This document shows, piece by piece, positions 36,937 to 47,533 of a stretch of DNA of 64,000 bases (the stretch's first letter is position 1; every line of letters starts with the position of its first letter). This DNA comes from an uncultured Pseudomonadota bacterium (GTDB lineage Bacteria; Vulcanimicrobiota; Vulcanimicrobiia; Eremiobacterales; Eremiobacteraceae): assembly GCA_963736005.1 (NCBI GenBank), contig CAVTNB010000002.1, forward strand, positions 32,001-96,000. Reading direction: 5' to 3'. The notes beneath the pieces are model-generated. The model was not told the origin of the DNA. It worked only from the letters and a program-made list of their open reading frames with translations, and ran no database searches. The translations under genes were made by a program, and so were the position numbers.

Positions 36937-39462
36937 TTGAGCCCGAAAGAAGGCACGCCACGCGACGGCCGCGACGGAAAAGCGCGCGGCGATATGACCT
37001 TCGAGACCTACGCCCACAGCACGCCATCAGAGCGTTTGCTCACCGTCAACGTCGAAGACGAAATGCGCCGCTCATACCTCGATTACGCCATGAGCGTGAT
37101 CGTCGCGCGAGCGCTTCCTGACGTCCGCGACGGCCTCAAGCCGGTGCACCGGCGCATCCTGTACGCCATGTCTCAGTTAGGGCTCAATCCCGACAAGCCG
37201 CACCGCAAGTGCGCGGGAACCGTCGGCGAGGTGCTCAAGAACTACCATCCGCACGGCGACATCTCCGTCTACGATGCACTCGTGCGTATGGCGCAAGACT
37301 TCAGCCTGCGTTACCCGCTCATCAACGGCCACGGCAATTTCGGATCTATTGACGGCGACCCGCCCGCAGCCATGCGATACACAGAGGCACGCTTGGCGCC
37401 AGTGGCGCTTGAAATGCTCGCCGACATTGACAAAGAGACGGTCGACTTTGTCCCCAATTACGACGCGTCGAGCCGCGAGCCGTCACTATTGCCTGCGCGC
37501 CTGCCCAACTTGCTCGTTAACGGCTCATCTGGCATCGCCGTGGGCATGGCGACGAACATTCCGCCGCACAATCTCACCGAGATCTGCGACGCAGTCTGCG
37601 CGCTCATCGACGATCGGGATCTCAAAGACAAAGAACTGCTTAAGATTGTGACCGGGCCCGATTTCCCAACCGGCGCGCTCATCTTAGGGCGGGAAGGAAT
37701 CCGCCAGAGCTATTTGACCGGCCGGGGCGCCATCACGATGCGCGCCAAGCATGAATTTGAGGAAATTCGAGGCGGTCGGCAAGCCATCATCGTCACGCAG
37801 ATTCCGTTCCAGCTTAACAAAACGAAGTTGATTGAAATCATCGCTGAATTGGTCACCAGTAAGCGCATCACGGGCATCGCTGACTTGCGTGACGAGAGCG
37901 ACCGCAAAGGCATGCGCCTCGTCATCGAACTCAAGCGCGAGGGACAACCGCAGCTCGTCCTCAACCAACTGTACAAACATTCGCCGCTGCAGTCGTCATT
38001 CGGGGTCAACAACGTCGCACTGGTCGATGGCCAGCCGCGCACGCTCACGCTCCGCCAAATATTGGATTACTACATCGAGCACCGCAAAGTGGTGGTCGTA
38101 CGGCGTTCGCAGTACGAGCTGCGCAAGGCCAAAGAGCGCGCGCACATTCTCGAGGGCTACCGCATTGCCCTCGACCACATCGATGCGATCATCAAGCTCA
38201 TTCGCGGATCTGAAACGACCGAAGAAGCCCGCGATGGCTTGATAAAAAAGTTCAAACTCACGGAGATCCAGGCCAACGCCATCCTCGATCTGCGCTTACA
38301 GCGCCTCGTCGCCCTCGAACGCCAGAAGATCGAAGACGAATATGTTGCCGTGCTGAAAACGATAGCCGGACTGGAAGAACTCTTGCGCAGCGAGCGCCGC
38401 ATCTATGCAGTGGTCAAAGACGAAGTTGTTGCGCTTAAAAAGAAGTACGGCGACAAGCGACGCACGCAGATCGTCGAGGCCGAAGGCGAGTTTGAGATCG
38501 AGGATCTCATCGCCGATACCGAAGTGGTCGTGACGGTCACCGCGGGTGGGTACATCAAGCGGGTGAACGCCGATACGTTCCGCGCGCAAAATCGCGGCGG
38601 CCGCGGCGTCATGGGGCTCGCCTTGAAGAAGGAAGACGTCGTGCGTCACATCTTCTCGGCGACGACGCACCAGCACGTCTTGTTCTTCACCAATCGCGGT
38701 CGCGTGCTGCGCTTGCGCGCGCATGAAATTCCAGATGCCTCCCGCCAAGCGCGCGGCACTGCCCTCGTCAACTTGCTGACGCTGCCCCCGGGCGAAACTG
38801 TCACGACGGTGTTGCCGGTGCGCAAGCTCGGCACCGAAGACTTCCTCGTTATGGTGACCAAGCGCGGCTACATCAAGAAGACGGCCTTGACCGAATTCGG
38901 CAACGTACGCCGGTCAGGACTCATCGCTATTAGCCTCATGCCCAACGATGAGCTTTTGAGTACCGTCCTCACGGACGGGAAGGCCGAACTCTTGCTAGCG
39001 ACCAGCGCGGGCTTCGCCATCCGCTTCGACGAGAAGACGGTGCGCCCCATGGGCCGCGCTAGCCGCGGCGTGCGCGCGGTCCGGCTTGGCCAGCGGGATG
39101 TCGTTCAGGCCCTCGACATCGTCGGCAAGGATCGCCGCGAAGTTTTGGTGATCACAAGCAAAGGATACGGGAAACGAACCGTCATCGATCTCTATCGAAA
39201 GACCAATCGCGGTGGCAAGGGAATCAAAGCATTCAACCGCACGGCAAAGAATGGGGAGATTGTCGATCAGTTCCTCGTCAAGCCGGACGACGAGATCATG
39301 CTCATCTCGGCGCACGGCATCGTCATCCGGATGAAGGTTTTTCAGATCCGCGAAACTGGGCGCTCAGCCCAGGGAGTCCGCGTGATGAAACTGGACGAAG
39401 GAGATTCCGTCATCGCGGCCGCGAATATCGGTCAACGGGCTGAAGAAGCCGAACGCCTCTAA
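36937..39462 (+). CDS. gyrA: DNA gyrase subunit A
   Basis: [30 protein letters not shown], GyrA box QNRGGRG and CTD repeats. Confidence 0.97.
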   Translation: MSPKEGTPRDGRDGKARGDMTFETYAHSTPSERLLTVNVEDEMRRSYLDYAMSVIVARALPDVRDGLKPVHRRILYAMSQLGLNPDKPHRKCAGTVGEVLKNYHPHGDISVYDALVRMAQDFSLRYPLINGHGNFGSIDGDPPAAMRYTEARLAPVALEMLADIDKETVDFVPNYDASSREPSLLPARLPNLLVNGSSGIAVGMATNIPPHNLTEICDAVCALIDDRDLKDKELLKIVTGPDFPTGALILGREGIRQSYLTGRGAITMRAKHEFEEIRGGRQAIIVTQIPFQLNKTKLIEIIAELVTSKRITGIADLRDESDRKGMRLVIELKREGQPQLVLNQLYKHSPLQSSFGVNNVALVDGQPRTLTLRQILDYYIEHRKVVVVRRSQYELRKAKERAHILEGYRIALDHIDAIIKLIRGSETTEEARDGLIKKFKLTEIQANAILDLRLQRLVALERQKIEDEYVAVLKTIAGLEELLRSERRIYAVVKDEVVALKKKYGDKRRTQIVEAEGEFEIEDLIADTEVVVTVTAGGYIKRVNADTFRAQNRGGRGVMGLALKKEDVVRHIFSATTHQHVLFFTNRGRVLRLRAHEIPDASRQARGTALVNLLTLPPGETVTTVLPVRKLGTEDFLVMVTKRGYIKKTALTEFGNVRRSGLIAISLMPNDELLSTVLTDGKAELLLATSAGFAIRFDEKTVRPMGRASRGVRAVRLGQRDVVQALDIVGKDRREVLVITSKGYGKRTVIDLYRKTNRGGKGIKAFNRTAKNGEIVDQFLVKPDDEIMLISAHGIVIRMKVFQIRETGRSAQGVRVMKLDEGDSVIAAANIGQRAEEAERL

Positions 39463-39482
39463 AGAATCAAGGAGAAAACCAC

Positions 39483-39818
39483 GTGAGTGACATGCTGCAA
39501 ATAGACCAAAATAATTTTCAAACGGAAGTGCTTCAGGCCGCCCCACCGGTGCTCGTGGATTTTTGGGCACCATGGTGCGGGCCGTGCCGCATGGTTGCTC
39601 CAATCGTGGATAAAATTGCCCAAACGTATGCCGGGCGGCTCAAAGTCGTCAAGCTCAACACCGATGACAGTCCGAGCATCGCCGGTAAGTACGAGGTCAG
39701 CGGGATCCCCGCGTTGATTCTCTTCAAGTCGGGCGAGCCGGTGGACCGAATTGTCGGCTACGTCCCTGAGAAACAACTCGCCGCGATGGTGGAGAAACAT
39801 CTCGCCCCCGTGGCGTAG
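39483..39818 (+). CDS. trxA: Thioredoxin
   Basis: DFWAPWCGPC motif; AAGGAG RBS. Confidence 0.97.
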   Translation: MSDMLQIDQNNFQTEVLQAAPPVLVDFWAPWCGPCRMVAPIVDKIAQTYAGRLKVVKLNTDDSPSIAGKYEVSGIPALILFKSGEPVDRIVGYVPEKQLAAMVEKHLAPVA

Positions 39819-39849
39819 CACCGACGAGTCGCGCGAATGTCTTCGCGCG
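39815..39849 (+). repeat. REP-like element after trxA
   Basis: GTAG (trxA stop) followed by CGCGCGAA-TGTC-TTCGCGCG, the reverse complement of the core of the 18.5-kb repeat. Confidence 0.75.
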
Positions 39850-39864
39850 CGAGATAACGCCAAT

Positions 39865-41235
39865 ATGGAAACGCCACAGCGCGACATCCCTCCGGTTCAC
39901 CGCTTCACGACGGATCCTGCCGTCGCAGCCTACGATGCCTTGCTTGGCCGCGCCAACGTCCGATCGCGCATTCAGGCAATCCTCGAAGAGGCGCGCACAT
40001 CGGCCGGCAGTGGCAATCGTATACCCACATTCGAAATGCTGCGCAGTGCGATGCTCGCGCAGCTCGCCGCGAGCCAGCTGAGCGATCTCGTTTCGGTCAT
40101 CAACGGCACGGGCGTCCTGCTGCACACGAACTTTGGACGAGCACCGCTCGCTGCGTCGGCACTCGCAAACGCAAGCGAGCTCGGCGCTGGCTACACGAAT
40201 CTCGAATACGACCTCGAGCAAGGCAAGCGAGGCAGCCGCTACGAGCGGGTCGCCATGCAGTTGCGCGAACTCTCCGGTGCGCAGGCCGCCCTTGTCGTCA
40301 ACAACTGCGCCGCCGCCATCTTGCTCGTGCTCGACACATTCGCCCACGATCGCGAGGTCGTCGTCAGCCGAGGGCAACTGATTGAAATCGGAGGCGGCTT
40401 CCGCTTGCCTGACGTTCTGCGCAAGAGTGGAGCCAAGCTCGTCGAAGTTGGTTCGACCAACAAGACCTATCCCCACGACTACCGCAATGGGTGGTCGGCA
40501 GCGACGGCGATGTTCATGCGCTCGCACCCCAGCAACTATCGCATTGAGGGGTTCACGGCGGACGTCGACTCAAAGACCGTGGCGGCGCTGGCCAACGAGA
40601 TGGGCATCATTTCCTTTGAAGACCTCGGCTCCGGAGCGTTCGTCAATTTCGAAGACTTCGGACTTCCACACGAACCAACCGTCGCCGAAGAAATCGCTGC
40701 CGGGTTCGATTTGGTTGCGGTTTCCGGCGACAAACTCTTGGGCGGCCCTCAGTGCGGCATCATCTGCGGCAAAGCGGACCTGGTCGAGACCATGAAGCGT
40801 AACCCGCTGCTTCGGGCGCTTCGAGTTGACAAGCTCACGCTCGCAGCGCTCTCTGCAACGCTGCGGCTTTACTTGGAACCCAACCGCCTGCGCGAGATTC
40901 CGCTCTTTGCGATGCTGCAGACGTCAACGACCGAGCTTCGCGAACGCGCCGTCGCTCTTTGCGACGCAACGCGAGCTGCGGTGCACCTCGAGCCATGTGA
41001 TACAGAGGCCACAACCGGCGGGGGGACGTTGCCGCTCGCTCGCATTCCTTCGGTTGGGATTGCCGTGAGCGCCGCCACCCACAAACCCGACCAAATCGCC
41101 GAGCGCTTGCGGAAGCACGTGCCACCAGTCGTCGGACGGGTGGAAGAAACGGCTTTGGTCATCGATCTGCGCACGGTATTGCCAAAGGAAGACCGGGCGC
41201 TCGCACACGCTTTGGGAAGTCTCTTTTCTGAGTGA
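39865..41235 (+). CDS. selA: L-seryl-tRNA(Sec) selenium transferase
   Basis: VINGTGVLLHTNFGRAPL, VVNNCAAA, EIGGGFRLPD and SGDKLLGGPQ motifs. Confidence 0.95.
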   Translation: METPQRDIPPVHRFTTDPAVAAYDALLGRANVRSRIQAILEEARTSAGSGNRIPTFEMLRSAMLAQLAASQLSDLVSVINGTGVLLHTNFGRAPLAASALANASELGAGYTNLEYDLEQGKRGSRYERVAMQLRELSGAQAALVVNNCAAAILLVLDTFAHDREVVVSRGQLIEIGGGFRLPDVLRKSGAKLVEVGSTNKTYPHDYRNGWSAATAMFMRSHPSNYRIEGFTADVDSKTVAALANEMGIISFEDLGSGAFVNFEDFGLPHEPTVAEEIAAGFDLVAVSGDKLLGGPQCGIICGKADLVETMKRNPLLRALRVDKLTLAALSATLRLYLEPNRLREIPLFAMLQTSTTELRERAVALCDATRAAVHLEPCDTEATTGGGTLPLARIPSVGIAVSAATHKPDQIAERLRKHVPPVVGRVEETALVIDLRTVLPKEDRALAHALGSLFSE

Positions 41236-41990
41236 AACACAGACCCGCTTTTTGCAGTAGACCTGCCGTGAAGTTTCTTCCTTGGCTGCTCGTCGCAATG
41301 GCTCTCGCGTCGGGTTGCAGCTCCGCAGAGCGCCTCTCGGGCGCCCCTGGCCCCGAGGCGCACTTTCAAACGCGGCTGAGCGCAAATCAAGCGGTCTCGC
41401 TCGAAATCTCTCCAATGTTGGGGGCGGACGTTGCCGTTGTGGGCTCGAGCGACCTACAGGTGCAACTCGACGCGGTCCCATTGAATGACTATTCAGGCGT
41501 CAAGCTCACGCCGTCGGTCAACTCCGGTTGGCTCCGGCTTCGACTCGACCCCTCGGGGTCTGGTCAACGCTCTTTCAACTGGTTGTTTCGCCATCACGCC
41601 GAAGCAAGAATAACGTTGCGCGTGCCGCATCTGGCCACCGTGGCGATCAATGGCGTTAACGGTCCGGTGCGAGTTGATGGCGTGAACGGACCACTCAGCG
41701 TCAAAATTGTCAACGGCGCGATCGAGGTGAACGGCGCCGGCACCATGCTCTCGCTTCATTTGGTCAATGGACCAATCGACGCGAGCATCACCGATCTCTC
41801 GCGCGTGCCAAATATTAGCATCGCGGCCACGAACGGTTCTATCGACGTCACAGTGCCTAGGGGGTTCAAAGCCAGGGTGAGTGCGCAGACCTTGCTAGGC
41901 CCGCTTGATCAACAGGTCAACGATGCCGCAGCGCCCGGAATCGTCAATATTCGTCTCGTCGCAGGTCCAGTCGCGATAGAAGAGCGCTGA
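41232..41990 (+). CDS. Lipoprotein with DUF4097-like beta-strand repeats
   Basis: LASGC lipobox; repeated vNG.i/v motifs. Confidence 0.75.
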   Translation: MKHRPAFCSRPAVKFLPWLLVAMALASGCSSAERLSGAPGPEAHFQTRLSANQAVSLEISPMLGADVAVVGSSDLQVQLDAVPLNDYSGVKLTPSVNSGWLRLRLDPSGSGQRSFNWLFRHHAEARITLRVPHLATVAINGVNGPVRVDGVNGPLSVKIVNGAIEVNGAGTMLSLHLVNGPIDASITDLSRVPNISIAATNGSIDVTVPRGFKARVSAQTLLGPLDQQVNDAAAPGIVNIRLVAGPVAIEER

Positions 41991-42037
41991 CCGCTTCTCC
42001 GGAAGAGGCGCTGCGTCGGAGCACGGTTTTTTTTCTT

Positions 42038-43930
42038 ATGCACATAATCGGAACCGCGGGTCACGTCGATCATGGGAAGAGTTCGCTTGTCATCGCGCTG
42101 ACCGGGCATAATCCGGACCGGCTCATCGAAGAACGAGAGCGCGGCATGACGCTCGATCTTGGTTTTGCCCCGTTACGATTTTTCGATGGCATTGAGGCCG
42201 GGATCATCGACGTCCCCGGCCACGAGCGCTTCCTGCACAACATGCTCGCGGGAGCGCTCGGTATGGAACTTCTGTTGCTGGTCATCGCTGCACCGGATGG
42301 TCCGAAGCGTCAGACCTTCGAACATCTGCAGATTCTAAATTTTCTCAACGTCTCGCGGGCGATCATCGTTCTGAGCAAGATTGACCTTGTTGCGTCTCAA
42401 GACCGCTCGGTTGCTGCGCAGCTCGCGCGCGCGGCCTGCGAGGGCACGGTCGCAAGCGATGCGCCAATCATCGCGGTGTCTACGGTTACGGGCGAAGGGA
42501 TTGCCGAGCTGAAGGCGGCCATTCATGATGCGCTCGCTGCCCTGCCGCAGCGACGAGATAAAGCGCCTGCTTTTCTGCCAGTCGATCGGGTCTTTGCATT
42601 ACCCGGTCACGGTACGATCGTGACGGGAACGCTGATGCAGGGCACGCTGTCGGTCGGTGACACCCTTGCATTACAACCGTCAGGGCTTGTCGCGCGCGTG
42701 AAGAGCCTGCAGATTTTCGGCGCAAAAGTTCAAACGGCCACGGGCGGTTCGCGCGTGGCGGTGAACATTCCGGGCGTCAACGTGGATCAAATCGCGCGAG
42801 GGGAAACGTTGGTCGCCGCTCGCGAGTTCGTGCCGATTCGAGAACTCAACATTGAATTCTCTGCCGTCCCTTCGGCTCTCACCATATTGCGCAAACGAAT
42901 GCCCGTTCGGGCACACATTGGGTCGGCCGAGATCCTCGGTCAACTCCGCTTCGATGAAGCCGTGCCCGAAAGCACGAATCCGGCGCGGGCTAAAATCACG
43001 CTCTGGCATCCGGCCGTCTTCTATCCAGGCATGCGCCTCATCGTGCGCGGGATGAGTCCCAAAGACTTGCTCGGCGGGGCAACGGCACTCGCCGCCGGCT
43101 CACCCACAGGGGCAGCGAAGGCAAAGACCGAGATTGGCTTCGAAGACGCGCCCGAATCGGCAGCAGAGCTCGCGCAGGCGCTCGCCGGGTCCGGGCTCGC
43201 GCCTCTGAACGCTGCCCAGCTCGCAGCGCGAACCAACGTGACCATTTCGATTGCCGAGAAAGCCATTGCTTGGCTGAGCGAACACGGGCTTATCATCGCA
43301 CTGTCCAGACCTGTGGAGTTCATTTCGCGTTTGAGTGGCGATGCGGCGCTCGAACGGACCACGTCGTTTTTGAGGAAGCGTCATGATGAGGTGCCATGGC
43401 GTTTGGGCGCAAGCACTGCCGATATCGCGAAGGCTATTTCCGTTCCCGAGGGGCTCGCGGCGCGATTGCTCAACATCTGGCAAGAGGATGGTCGCGTCGC
43501 GTCTCGCGCCCGCTCTTGGCATCTGCCTGATTTTTCTCCCTCATTGAGCAAAGAACAAAAAGTCTTCTTCGATAACCTGCTGGCGATCTCGCCTGAGGCA
43601 CCATACATGCCGCATTCTCTCGACGCCCTTTCGGCTGCTGCAGCGAAGCACTCCAATGTTATGACAGAGGCCTTGGAATCGCTGCTCGCGGCCGGGTCGC
43701 TCGTGCGCATCGGCGATGATGTCTATCGCCGTTCTCAAATCGAGAGCGCCCAACAGGCGATCCGCAAACTCATGGGTGGCCAAGGTCAAGCGACCATGGC
43801 GCAACTGCGCGATGTTCTTGGCACATCGCGCAAGCATGCTTTGCCGCTGATGGAGCACTTTGACAGCGTAGGATTCACAATCCGTGACGGAGATCTGCGC
43901 CGCCTTCGCCACCAATCGCGAGGCATGTAG
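42038..43930 (+). CDS. selB: Selenocysteine-specific elongation factor
   Basis: GTAGHVDHGKS, ERGMTLDLGF, DVPGHERF and C-terminal winged helix LGTSRKHALPLMEHFD..GFTIR.GD.R. Confidence 0.96.
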   Translation: MHIIGTAGHVDHGKSSLVIALTGHNPDRLIEERERGMTLDLGFAPLRFFDGIEAGIIDVPGHERFLHNMLAGALGMELLLLVIAAPDGPKRQTFEHLQILNFLNVSRAIIVLSKIDLVASQDRSVAAQLARAACEGTVASDAPIIAVSTVTGEGIAELKAAIHDALAALPQRRDKAPAFLPVDRVFALPGHGTIVTGTLMQGTLSVGDTLALQPSGLVARVKSLQIFGAKVQTATGGSRVAVNIPGVNVDQIARGETLVAAREFVPIRELNIEFSAVPSALTILRKRMPVRAHIGSAEILGQLRFDEAVPESTNPARAKITLWHPAVFYPGMRLIVRGMSPKDLLGGATALAAGSPTGAAKAKTEIGFEDAPESAAELAQALAGSGLAPLNAAQLAARTNVTISIAEKAIAWLSEHGLIIALSRPVEFISRLSGDAALERTTSFLRKRHDEVPWRLGASTADIAKAISVPEGLAARLLNIWQEDGRVASRARSWHLPDFSPSLSKEQKVFFDNLLAISPEAPYMPHSLDALSAAAAKHSNVMTEALESLLAAGSLVRIGDDVYRRSQIESAQQAIRKLMGGQGQATMAQLRDVLGTSRKHALPLMEHFDSVGFTIRDGDLRRLRHQSRGM

Positions 43931-43952
43931 GGGGCGATTGGTAAATCGCCCC
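43927..43952 (+). repeat. GTAG REP palindrome
   Basis: GTAG-GGGGCGATT-GGTA-AATCGCCCC; the TAG is the selB stop. Confidence 0.9.
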
Positions 43953-43958
43953 TCGCAG

Positions 43959-45071
43959 ATGAGCGCTTTGATTTTTGTTTGGCACTGGTTCTTCGCGTCG
44001 TTTGCAATGTTCTGGCAAGTGCTTTGGTCGCTTCTCCTCGGCTTTATGCTCTCCGCAATGATTCAGGCTTACGTGCCAAAAGGTGGCTTGAGCAAAATGT
44101 TCGGGCGCGCTGGCTTTCGGGAACTCGCGCTTGCAACCGGCTTGGGGGCGGCGAGCTCCTCATGCAGCTATGCCGCTGCCGCGACGGCCAAATCGATGTT
44201 CAAGCGCGGCGCGAATTTTACGGTCGCGATGGTGTTCATGTTTGCATCGACGAACCTCGTGATCGAACTCGGCTTGGTTCTCTGGCAATTGATGGGTTGG
44301 CCGTTTGTCGTGGCCGAGTGGGTCGGTGGCTTCGTGCTCATTGCCACCTTTGTTCTTTTCTCTAAGCTCTTGTTGCCAAAGCGCTTAGTTGAAGAGGGAC
44401 GGACGCACGTCGAAGAAGAGGACAACTCCGGGCACGATCACGGCGAGATGCTCGCTCCAGGCCGCACGCTCATGGACAAGCTGCGCTCGTCGACCGGTTG
44501 GACGTATGTGGCGCATTATTTTGCCATGGACTGGTCGATGCTGCAGATTGACCTGCTGCTTGGCTTTGTCATCGCCGGTTTTTTGGCGATTGCGATACCC
44601 GCGAGCCTCTGGCAGCACGTGTACGTGACTTCGGCGCCAGCCCCGGTGCGCGCGGTCGAGAACGCACTTGTGGGGCCACTTATCGCGGTCGTCAGCTTTG
44701 TCTGTTCCATTGGCAACGTTCCGCTCGCGGCGGTGCTTTGGAACGCGGGCAGCACGTTCGGCGGTGTGATCGCATTCCTGTACGCCGACCTTATCGTTTT
44801 ACCGCTCATCGACGCCTATCGTAAATACTATGGTTGGGCCCTTGCCCTCCGCATGGCGGGCGTCTTTTACATCTCGATGGTGGTTGCCGGACTGATCGTA
44901 GAACTTGCCTTCGCAGCGCTTCACGTTACTCCGCATGCGCATGGCTCATTTCTGATGCGCATCGAGACGATTCAGCTCAACTACACCTTCGTGCTCAATG
45001 TGTTCTTCGGAACCGCTGCCTTGGTGCTTGTGTGGTGGGGCCGCCGCTCGCCAATGCATCATGCAATGTAA
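43959..45071 (+). CDS. Permease (DUF318/ArsP-like), possibly metal or metalloid related
   Basis: SSCSY, FASTNLVIE and FVCSIGNVP motifs; His-rich loop and tail. Confidence 0.82.
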   Translation: MSALIFVWHWFFASFAMFWQVLWSLLLGFMLSAMIQAYVPKGGLSKMFGRAGFRELALATGLGAASSSCSYAAAATAKSMFKRGANFTVAMVFMFASTNLVIELGLVLWQLMGWPFVVAEWVGGFVLIATFVLFSKLLLPKRLVEEGRTHVEEEDNSGHDHGEMLAPGRTLMDKLRSSTGWTYVAHYFAMDWSMLQIDLLLGFVIAGFLAIAIPASLWQHVYVTSAPAPVRAVENALVGPLIAVVSFVCSIGNVPLAAVLWNAGSTFGGVIAFLYADLIVLPLIDAYRKYYGWALALRMAGVFYISMVVAGLIVELAFAALHVTPHAHGSFLMRIETIQLNYTFVLNVFFGTAALVLVWWGRRSPMHHAM

Positions 45072-45092
45072 CAGCGGACCACCCTAATCACA

Positions 45093-46001
45093 ATGGGCAT
45101 CATCTTGGGCTTGTTGGCCGGCATCACGTACGGCGCGGCCGATTTCATCGGCGGCCTTGCGACCCGTCGCTCAACCGTTTTTTCCGTTGTCGTCGTCTCG
45201 CAGCTGACGGGCTTACTCCTCCTCCTCGCGCTGCTGCCAATACTCCCTGCAGCGCACCCGCAGCGCGACGATATCGTGTGGGGATTGCTCTCCGGCGCCG
45301 CCGGGGCGCTGGGCATTTCGCTGCTGTATCGCGGTCTTGCAATCGGGCGCATGAGTCTGGTTTCGCCGATTACCGCAGTCATCGCAGCCATCATCCCGTT
45401 TGTGACAGGCCTCCTGCTGCGCGAACGGCCATCATCATTTGCAATCGCTGGCGTCGGCATCGCGTTGCTCGCAGTCGTGTTTGTGTCGTCCACCGAAATG
45501 CCTGGCCAGCCGGCGTCAAACGCAGCGCCGGGATTTGTTGGGACGCCTCTGGTTTCAAAGAATCCCAACGCCATGCGCACCTGGCTCCTCCAGCCCGGGC
45601 TTTTTGAGGCAGCGCTTTCCGGCATCGGCATCGGATTGTTTTATGTCTTCCTCGCGCACACGCACGCACAGGCCGGCATGTGGCCCTTGGCCGGCGCGCG
45701 CCTGTCGTCCGCGAGCATTCTCACGGCCATCGCGCTCATTACTCGTCGATCTGTGCTGCCGAATTCGGGCGGGTGGGGGCCAATCGCGATTGCAGGCGTC
45801 CTCGATATGTTTGCCAATGCCTGCTACCTGCTCGCCACCCGCCACGGGTTGCTTGCGATCGTTGCAGTTCTGGCTTCGCTGTATCCGGCGAGTACGGTGC
45901 TCTTGGCCCGCATCGTCCTACACGAAAAACTGAGCGCACTGCAGCTGGTCGGAGTTGCGTGTGCCCTAGTTGCAATTGCGCTCATCGCAGTGGGCTCGTG
46001 A
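45093..46001 (+). CDS. EamA/DMT family transporter
   Basis: About ten TM segments; YGAADF.GG and LASLYPASTVLLA...EKL motifs. Confidence 0.88.
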   Translation: MGIILGLLAGITYGAADFIGGLATRRSTVFSVVVVSQLTGLLLLLALLPILPAAHPQRDDIVWGLLSGAAGALGISLLYRGLAIGRMSLVSPITAVIAAIIPFVTGLLLRERPSSFAIAGVGIALLAVVFVSSTEMPGQPASNAAPGFVGTPLVSKNPNAMRTWLLQPGLFEAALSGIGIGLFYVFLAHTHAQAGMWPLAGARLSSASILTAIALITRRSVLPNSGGWGPIAIAGVLDMFANACYLLATRHGLLAIVAVLASLYPASTVLLARIVLHEKLSALQLVGVACALVAIALIAVGS

Positions 46002-46009
46002 GGAACCAA

Positions 46010-46507
46010 ATGCAGGACAGCGACCGAACTCGCACCGTCAGTTGGAAAGATCCAAGCCTTGTCGCGGATGCGGCCAAGACCAAAAGCGGCCTCGAGCGAC
46101 TCCAGGCGATCATGCGAGGCGAAGTCCCAGCGGCGCCGATGGCCATCCTCGTCGGCATTTCGCTTACCAGCGTCGAGCCTGGCGTTGTTGTCTTCGAAGG
46201 GCAGCCCGCCGAGTACCATTACAATATCGGGGGTGTTGCGCATGGCGGCTTTGCTTGCACGCTCCTAGATTCCGCGCTGGGCTGTGCGGTGACCTCAACG
46301 TTACCGGCGGGCCGAAGCTGCGCGACGACCGACCTGCACGTGCGTTTCATTCGACCCATCACCCTGAGCAGCGGACGGGTGCGCTGCGAGGCACGCGTTT
46401 TGCACGTCGGTAAAACGATCGCCACCGCGGAGGCGAACGTTACGGACGCGGCCGGAAAATTGTGCGCGCACGCGACGACCGCGTGCGCGATTTCGCAAGA
46501 AGGATAA
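46010..46507 (+). CDS. PaaI family thioesterase
   Basis: HYNIGGVAHGG..TLLDSALGCA hot-dog fold motif. Confidence 0.9.
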   Translation: MQDSDRTRTVSWKDPSLVADAAKTKSGLERLQAIMRGEVPAAPMAILVGISLTSVEPGVVVFEGQPAEYHYNIGGVAHGGFACTLLDSALGCAVTSTLPAGRSCATTDLHVRFIRPITLSSGRVRCEARVLHVGKTIATAEANVTDAAGKLCAHATTACAISQEG

Positions 46508-46520
46508 CGAATAAACCCGG

Positions 46521-46545
46521 AGCGGACCTAAAGGTCCGCTGCTAC
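46521..46545 (-). repeat. GTAG REP palindrome
   Basis: GTAGC-AGCGGACCT-TT-AGGTCCGCT on the minus strand, right after the sulfurtransferase stop. Confidence 0.88.
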
Positions 46546-46546
46546 A

Positions 46547-47414
46547 TTACGCGGGGGTGGGGGTCGCGACTTCTTTCACGATCGGCACATCGATGAGATT
46601 GCCATATTCCGTCCACGATCCGTCGTAGTTGCGAACGCTCTCGAAGCCCAGCAGATACTTGAGCGCAAACCACGTGTGCGACGAGCGCTCACCGATCCGG
46701 CAGTACGCGATAATGTCTTTCTTCGGTGTCGACTCCCTTGCCACCATACAAGTCCGACAGCTCATCCGCACTCTTGAACGTTCCATCGTCGCGCACCGCC
46801 TGCGCCCACGGGACGTTCACAGCGCCCGGAATGTGCCCAGCTCGCTGCGCCGTTTCCGTCATCCCCGGCGGCGCAATAATCTCGCCGTTGAATTCCGGCG
46901 CCGAGCGGACGTCCACTAAGTAATACGACTTGTCGGCAACCGCTTCCAACACCAGATCGCGCTTGGCCCGCAATTCTGGATTGACTTCGGTGACGCGATA
47001 CTGCGTCCGCGGGTACGTGGGCACGTCCTTGGTCAGCGGCCGGTTCTCGGCAACCCACTTCTTGCGGCCGCCATCGATGAGCAGCACCTTTTCGTGTCCG
47101 TAGTACTTGAGGATCCAAAACGCAAAGGCGGCGAACCAATTGTTGTTGTCGCCATAGAGCACGACAGTTGTGTTGTTCGCAACACCGCTCGCCGAGAGCA
47201 GCTCTTCGATTTCCTCGGTCGTCGGAATGTCGCGCCGAATCGGATCGTTGAGCTGCGTTTGCCAGTTGAAGCCAATGGCTCCCGGCATATGTCCTTGCTC
47301 GTAGGCGGTCGTGTCCACGTCTACTTCAATGAAGCGCAAATTCGGATCGTTCGTATGTTGCTGTGCCCAATCCGTGGTCACCAAAACTTCGGGGTGGGCG
47401 TAGTCTCGAGCCAT
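46547..47414 (-). CDS. Two-domain thiosulfate sulfurtransferase (rhodanese), frameshift near 46725
   Basis: [26 protein letters not shown] and NYDGSWTEY motifs; GAAGGAG RBS. Confidence 0.92.
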
Positions 47415-47533
47415 AGTGTGGGACTCCTTCGGTCGTACGTTAAGGGGCCTCAACTGTTCGTCGCCTCCCCGCCCTCTCCTCGACGGTAACCTAGAGGTAA
47501 GCGCCAAGAAACCCTTAATTTCGAAAACATCTC

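Noticed and set aside
41983..42037. UGA followed by a hairpin upstream of selB as a SECIS-like readthrough or autoregulatory element
   Set aside because: The stem is weak, readthrough is out of frame with selB, and the UGA sits at the natural end of the lipoprotein.
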